A stretch of 64,000 bases of DNA from an uncultured beta proteobacterium. GTDB taxonomy: Bacteria > Pseudomonadota > Gammaproteobacteria > Burkholderiales > SG8-39. The stretch spans positions 88,710 through 152,709 of the forward strand of contig CAVWFR010000011.1 in the NCBI GenBank assembly GCA_963754305.1, read 5' to 3'. The notes under the pieces were generated by a model, which was given only the letters and a program-made list of their open reading frames with translations, did no database searches and was not told where the DNA came from. Within the stretch, counting starts at the first letter, position 1, and each line of letters starts with the position of its first letter. This document shows positions 60,788 to 64,000 of this stretch, in pieces. The position numbers were made by a program, and so were the translations under genes.

Positions 60788-62241
60788 ACCTCGCCGAGCC
60801 CCTCGCCCACCACGCGCGCGCCCGGGCCGACTACCCGGCGATCGTCCATGGCGATCGCGTCGTTTCCTACCGTGAGCTCGATCCGCTCGTGCGGCGGACG
60901 GGCTCGCATCTCCTCTCGCTCGGACTCGCGCCGGGCGACGTCGTGGGGGTCGCGCTGCGCGACAGCGTCGAGCATCTCGTCATGCTGTTCGCGCTCGCGC
61001 GTGCCGGCATCGTGCTGCTGCCGCTCGACTGGCGCTGGACCGCACCGGAGCAGGCGCGCGTCGCCGCTCACTTCGGGGCGAAGCGACTCCTGGTCGAGCC
61101 GGACGCGGCGGCACCCGAAGGTCAGCACTGCACCGCGATCGACGACGCCTGGCACCGCGCCGTCGCGGACGCGAACCCCGCCCGCGAGTTCCCGACCGGC
61201 GACGGCCCGCTGCTCATGTCGCTCTCCTCGGGCACCACCGGCCGCCCGAAGGGCCCGCGCCTGAGCCATTACCAGTTCCTGCGCCGTTTCTGGGTGCACT
61301 GGATCAACCTCGGCTTCAACAGCGAGGACCGCTACGTCTCGGCGACGCCGCTGTACTACGGCGGCGGGCGGACATTCGCGACGCTGATGCTCTATTCGGG
61401 CGGCACCGTGTATCTGTTCCCGCCGCCCTACGAGCCGGCCGCGCTTTGCGCCGAGGTGGCGCGCCGCGAAGCGACCGCGGTCTTCCTCGTGCCCACCCTG
61501 CTCCGGCGGCTGCTCGCTGCGACCGACGCGGCGCTCGCGCCGATGCGCTCGCTCCGCCTGCTGCTGTCGTCGGGCTCGGCACTGCACGCCGACGAGCGGC
61601 GGCGGATCCGCGCGCGGATCTCGCCCAACCTGATCGAGTACTACAGCTCGACCGAGGGCGGCGGCATCAGCTATCTCACCTCGCGCGACGCCGCGCATCA
61701 CGACGACTCGGTGGGCCGCCCGGTGTTCGCGGTCGACGTCGAGTGCGTCGACGAGTCGCACCGGCCGCTGCCGCCCGGTGTCGTCGGCCGGATCCGCTAC
61801 CGCGGCCCGGCGGTCGCCGACGGCTTCTGGAACGATCCGGAGGCGAGCCGCGAAGCGTTTCGCGACGGCTGGTACTACCCCGGCGATCTCGGCATGCTCG
61901 ACGACGAGGGCTTCCTGTTCCTCAAGGGCCGGGCGAAGGACATGATCATCCGCGGCGGCATCAACATCTATCCGGCCGACGTGGAAGCGGTCCTGCAATC
62001 GCACCCGGCCGTCGCCGAGGCCGCGGTCGTCGGCTGGCCGTCACGCGAGTTCAACGAGGAGGTCGCGGCGTTCGTCACCCTCAAGGGCGCCGCGAGCGCG
62101 CCGGAGCTGCGCGACCTGTGCCGCGCGCGGCTCGCCTCGTACAAGGTGCCGCGCGAGGTGTTCATCGTGCCGGAGCTGCCGCGCAACACGCTCGGGAAGA
62201 TCGTGAAGACCGAGCTGAGCGGAAAGCTGCCGCAGCTTTGA
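60784..62241 (+). CDS. AMP-dependent acyl-CoA synthetase/ligase
   Basis: 485 aa. GTG 60784 overlaps the gntR-type stop (GTGA). SLSSGTTGRPKG, YYSSTEGG, YYPGDLG, GKIVK. Confidence 0.9.
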   Translation: MNLAEPLAHHARARADYPAIVHGDRVVSYRELDPLVRRTGSHLLSLGLAPGDVVGVALRDSVEHLVMLFALARAGIVLLPLDWRWTAPEQARVAAHFGAKRLLVEPDAAAPEGQHCTAIDDAWHRAVADANPAREFPTGDGPLLMSLSSGTTGRPKGPRLSHYQFLRRFWVHWINLGFNSEDRYVSATPLYYGGGRTFATLMLYSGGTVYLFPPPYEPAALCAEVARREATAVFLVPTLLRRLLAATDAALAPMRSLRLLLSSGSALHADERRRIRARISPNLIEYYSSTEGGGISYLTSRDAAHHDDSVGRPVFAVDVECVDESHRPLPPGVVGRIRYRGPAVADGFWNDPEASREAFRDGWYYPGDLGMLDDEGFLFLKGRAKDMIIRGGINIYPADVEAVLQSHPAVAEAAVVGWPSREFNEEVAAFVTLKGAASAPELRDLCRARLASYKVPREVFIVPELPRNTLGKIVKTELSGKLPQL

Positions 62242-62264
62242 CGCGCGAACCGCCGATGAGCGCC

Positions 62265-63608
62265 GGACTCGCCGCCCGCATCGCCCGCTTCGCCACCGGG
62301 TTCCGGTGGCGAGACCTCTCGCCGCCGCGGCAAGTGAAGACGCGGTGGTTCCTCGCCGATTTTCTGGCGAGCACGCTCGCCGGCAGCACGCTGCCGGAAG
62401 CGGCGAGCGGCTTCGTGCTCGCGCAGATCGGCCCGGTCAGCCTGCCGGGCGACGAGCGCTACCTCTCCCCGTCGTCGGCTGCGGTCGCGATGGGCACGGT
62501 CGGCGCGCTGCTGCAGATCCACGACGGCTACGGCGGCGGCGGCAACCATCCTTCGAGCGCGATCGTCTCCGCACTCTGGGCGAGCCGCGGCACTTCGCAG
62601 CCGCTCGCCGACCTCGCGCTCCCGGCGGCGATCGGCTACGAGGTCGCGAACCGCCTCGCGCAGAACTCGCACCCGGCGCAGACCTTGGCCGGCATCGCGC
62701 CGACCGCGACGACCGGAACGGTCGGCGCCGCGGCCGCGGTCGCGCGCCTGCGCGGCCTGTCGCCGGAGCAGACGGCGCGCGCGATCGCGATCGCTGCGTT
62801 CACCGCGCCGATCGCCGCGCTGCGCGGCCTCACCGAGCACGGCTCGGTCGTGCCGCTCCACGGCGGGCTCGCGGCGCGCGCCGCGATCGAAGCCGTCGAG
62901 CTCGCCGCCGCCGGTCTCGATGCGGGTGCGCAGGTGCTCGAAGGCGGCCGCGACCCCGGCTTCATCCACGTGTTGCGCGGCGATCCGGCGAAGCTCGAAC
63001 CGGAAACCTGGCGCGGCGAGACGCTCGACGGCGTCTTCTTCAAGCCGCTGCCGGCGTGCCGCCACGCGCAGCCGGCGATCGAGGCGCTCGCCGCGATCCT
63101 CGCGCAAGGTCCGATTCCGACCACCTCGCTCCGCGGCGTGATCGTGCACACCTACCCGGTCGCGCTGCTGTTCGGCCAGCCGCCGCGGGCCGAGCACGAG
63201 CTGTACGACCGGCTGATGAGCATGCCGTGGGCGATCGCGAGCACCCTCGTCCACCAGGGCTTCGGATTCGACAACGTCGTCGCGCCGGCGCGCGACCCGC
63301 GCATCGAGCAGATCTACCCGTTGATCGAGAACGTGGTCGATCCGGCGTACGCCGCCGACTACCCGCGGACGTTCTCCACCCGCGTCGAGCTGCAGTTCGC
63401 CGGCGGCAAGACCCGCACCGGCGAATGCCGCATGGAGTACGGCGTGCCCGCCGAGGATGGACCGTACTCCCCGCGCGGCACCACGACGCCCCCGCTCGAC
63501 GATGCGGGGATGCGGCGCAAGTTCTTCGACCTCGCCTCCCGGCGCATCCCGCGCGCGGAAGCCGAGTCACTGCTCGCCGAGATCTTCCCACCGGAACGAG
63601 GGTCATGA
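62265..63608 (+). CDS. MmgE/PrpD-family protein
   Basis: 447 aa. PrpD-like N-terminal region (ARIARFATGFRWRDLSPP...), and ...FKPLPACRHAQPAIEA.... Confidence 0.8.
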   Translation, partial: GLAARIARFATGFRWRDLSPPRQVKTRWFLADFLASTLAGSTLPEAASGFVLAQIGPVSLPGDERYLSPSSAAVAMGTVGALLQIHDGYGGGGNHPSSAIVSALWASRGTSQPLADLALPAAIGYEVANRLAQNSHPAQTLAGIAPTATTGTVGAAAAVARLRGLSPEQTARAIAIAAFTAPIAALRGLTEHGSVVPLHGGLAARAAIEAVELAAAGLDAGAQVLEGGRDPGFIHVLRGDPAKLEPETWRGETLDGVFFKPLPACRHAQPAIEALAAILAQGPIPTTSLRGVIVHTYPVALLFGQPPRAEHELYDRLMSMPWAIASTLVHQGFGFDNVVAPARDPRIEQIYPLIENVVDPAYAADYPRTFSTRVELQFAGGKTRTGECRMEYGVPAEDGPYSPRGTTTPPLDDAGMRRKFFDLASRRIPRAEAESLLAEIFPPERGS

Positions 63609-64000
63609 GCCAGCCCTACGACATTCAAGCGATCGACGCGGTGGTGAACATCTGGACGCCGGAATCGCTCGCGATCCGGCCGAATCGCGACGCGTTCTTC
63701 GGCGGCAAGATGCGCGTGAAGCAGGAGACGCTGCAGGGCGTGACGCTCGAGGGGATGCTGAAGCGGATGGACGCTGCCGGCATCGAGCGCGCGTTCCTGA
63801 TCGCGACCAAGGTCGGCCGTCTCCCGCATCCCGCCTGCTATCACATCCCCTACAAGATGGTCGCGGACGCGGTGAACGAGTATCCGCAGCGCTTTCACGC
63901 GCTCGCCGGGCTCGATCCGACCGAGGGCATGGCGGGCGTCCGCGCATTCGAGAGCGCGGTGCGCGACGACGGCTTCATCGGCGCGCACTTCTATCCGCAC
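63605..64000 (+). CDS. Amidohydrolase-2 (ACMSD/LigW-like) family protein, 5' part (runs off the window)
   Basis: ATG 63605 overlaps the prpD-type stop (ATGA). My own translation is MSQPYDIQAIDAVVNIWTPESLAIRPNRDAFFGG...AGIERAFLIATK...PQRFHALAGLDP...GFIGAHFYPH. Not listed in the ORF track because it has no stop within the window. Confidence 0.7.
   Translation, partial: MSQPYDIQAIDAVVNIWTPESLAIRPNRDAFFGGKMRVKQETLQGVTLEGMLKRMDAAGIERAFLIATKVGRLPHPACYHIPYKMVADAVNEYPQRFHALAGLDPTEGMAGVRAFESAVRDDGFIGAHFYPH

Overview
The window is about 70% GC, gene-dense (about 53 protein genes) and looks chromosomal. Three orphan Bug/TctC receptors and the general gene content suggest a Burkholderiales-type beta-proteobacterium; that assignment is inference only. 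I found no rRNA, tRNA, CRISPR array, transposase, integrase or phage genes.

Content from left to right:
- MFS transporter (partial), RidA-like protein, SrkA kinase, exported protein, Bug receptor and a HIBADH-type dehydrogenase.
- GGDEF-EAL protein and RecQ.
- A membrane-anchored S41 peptidase, a class III cyclase-FHA fusion, an HpaB/AbfD-family enzyme and a large HD-GYP sensor.
- A Liv-type ABC transporter followed by a Tat-exported cyclase-family protein.
- A BaeSR-like two-component pair.
- Bug, PdxA-like and DUF1989 genes.
- A LysR plus mitochondrial-type aconitase cassette, flanked by gene remnants.
- A NitT/TauT-type ABC transporter with an amidohydrolase.
- Two head-to-tail UvrA-like ATPase units with a translationally coupled acetoacetate-decarboxylase-family gene.
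- A 14-gene, 15.6 kb co-directional minus-strand cluster (44335-59951): ICL/PEPM lyase, isochorismatase-like hydrolase, two OYE-FAD reductases, a TRAP transporter, a SAM methyltransferase, a tandem alpha/beta-hydrolase, an epimerase, a CobW GTPase, a hydantoinase and an unknown protein. It is divergent from a GntR regulator, a CoA ligase, a PrpD-family protein and an amidohydrolase.

Most interesting points:
1. Two families of small hairpin-bearing repeat elements are inserted four times inside the UvrA-like coding region. Three insertions keep the frame. The fourth sits exactly at the junction of the two units.
2. Four reading frames are each broken by a single-nucleotide length anomaly: the UvrA-like junction, the NitT/TauT binding protein, dctQ, and a small ORF upstream of the methyltransferase. 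At least three of these lie in short homopolymer or GC-repeat runs. This is either assembly error or real decay and must be resolved with reads.
3. A 66-nt intercistronic spacer is repeated in two unrelated operons.
4. The long catabolic cluster is functionally unassigned and has a methyltransferase module inserted between dctP and dctQM.

Many long ORFs in the supplied track are out-of-frame or antisense artefacts of the high GC content. Gene starts were re-placed using homology, SD-like motifs and overlapping stop/start signals: ATGA six times, TTGA four times, GTGA twice.
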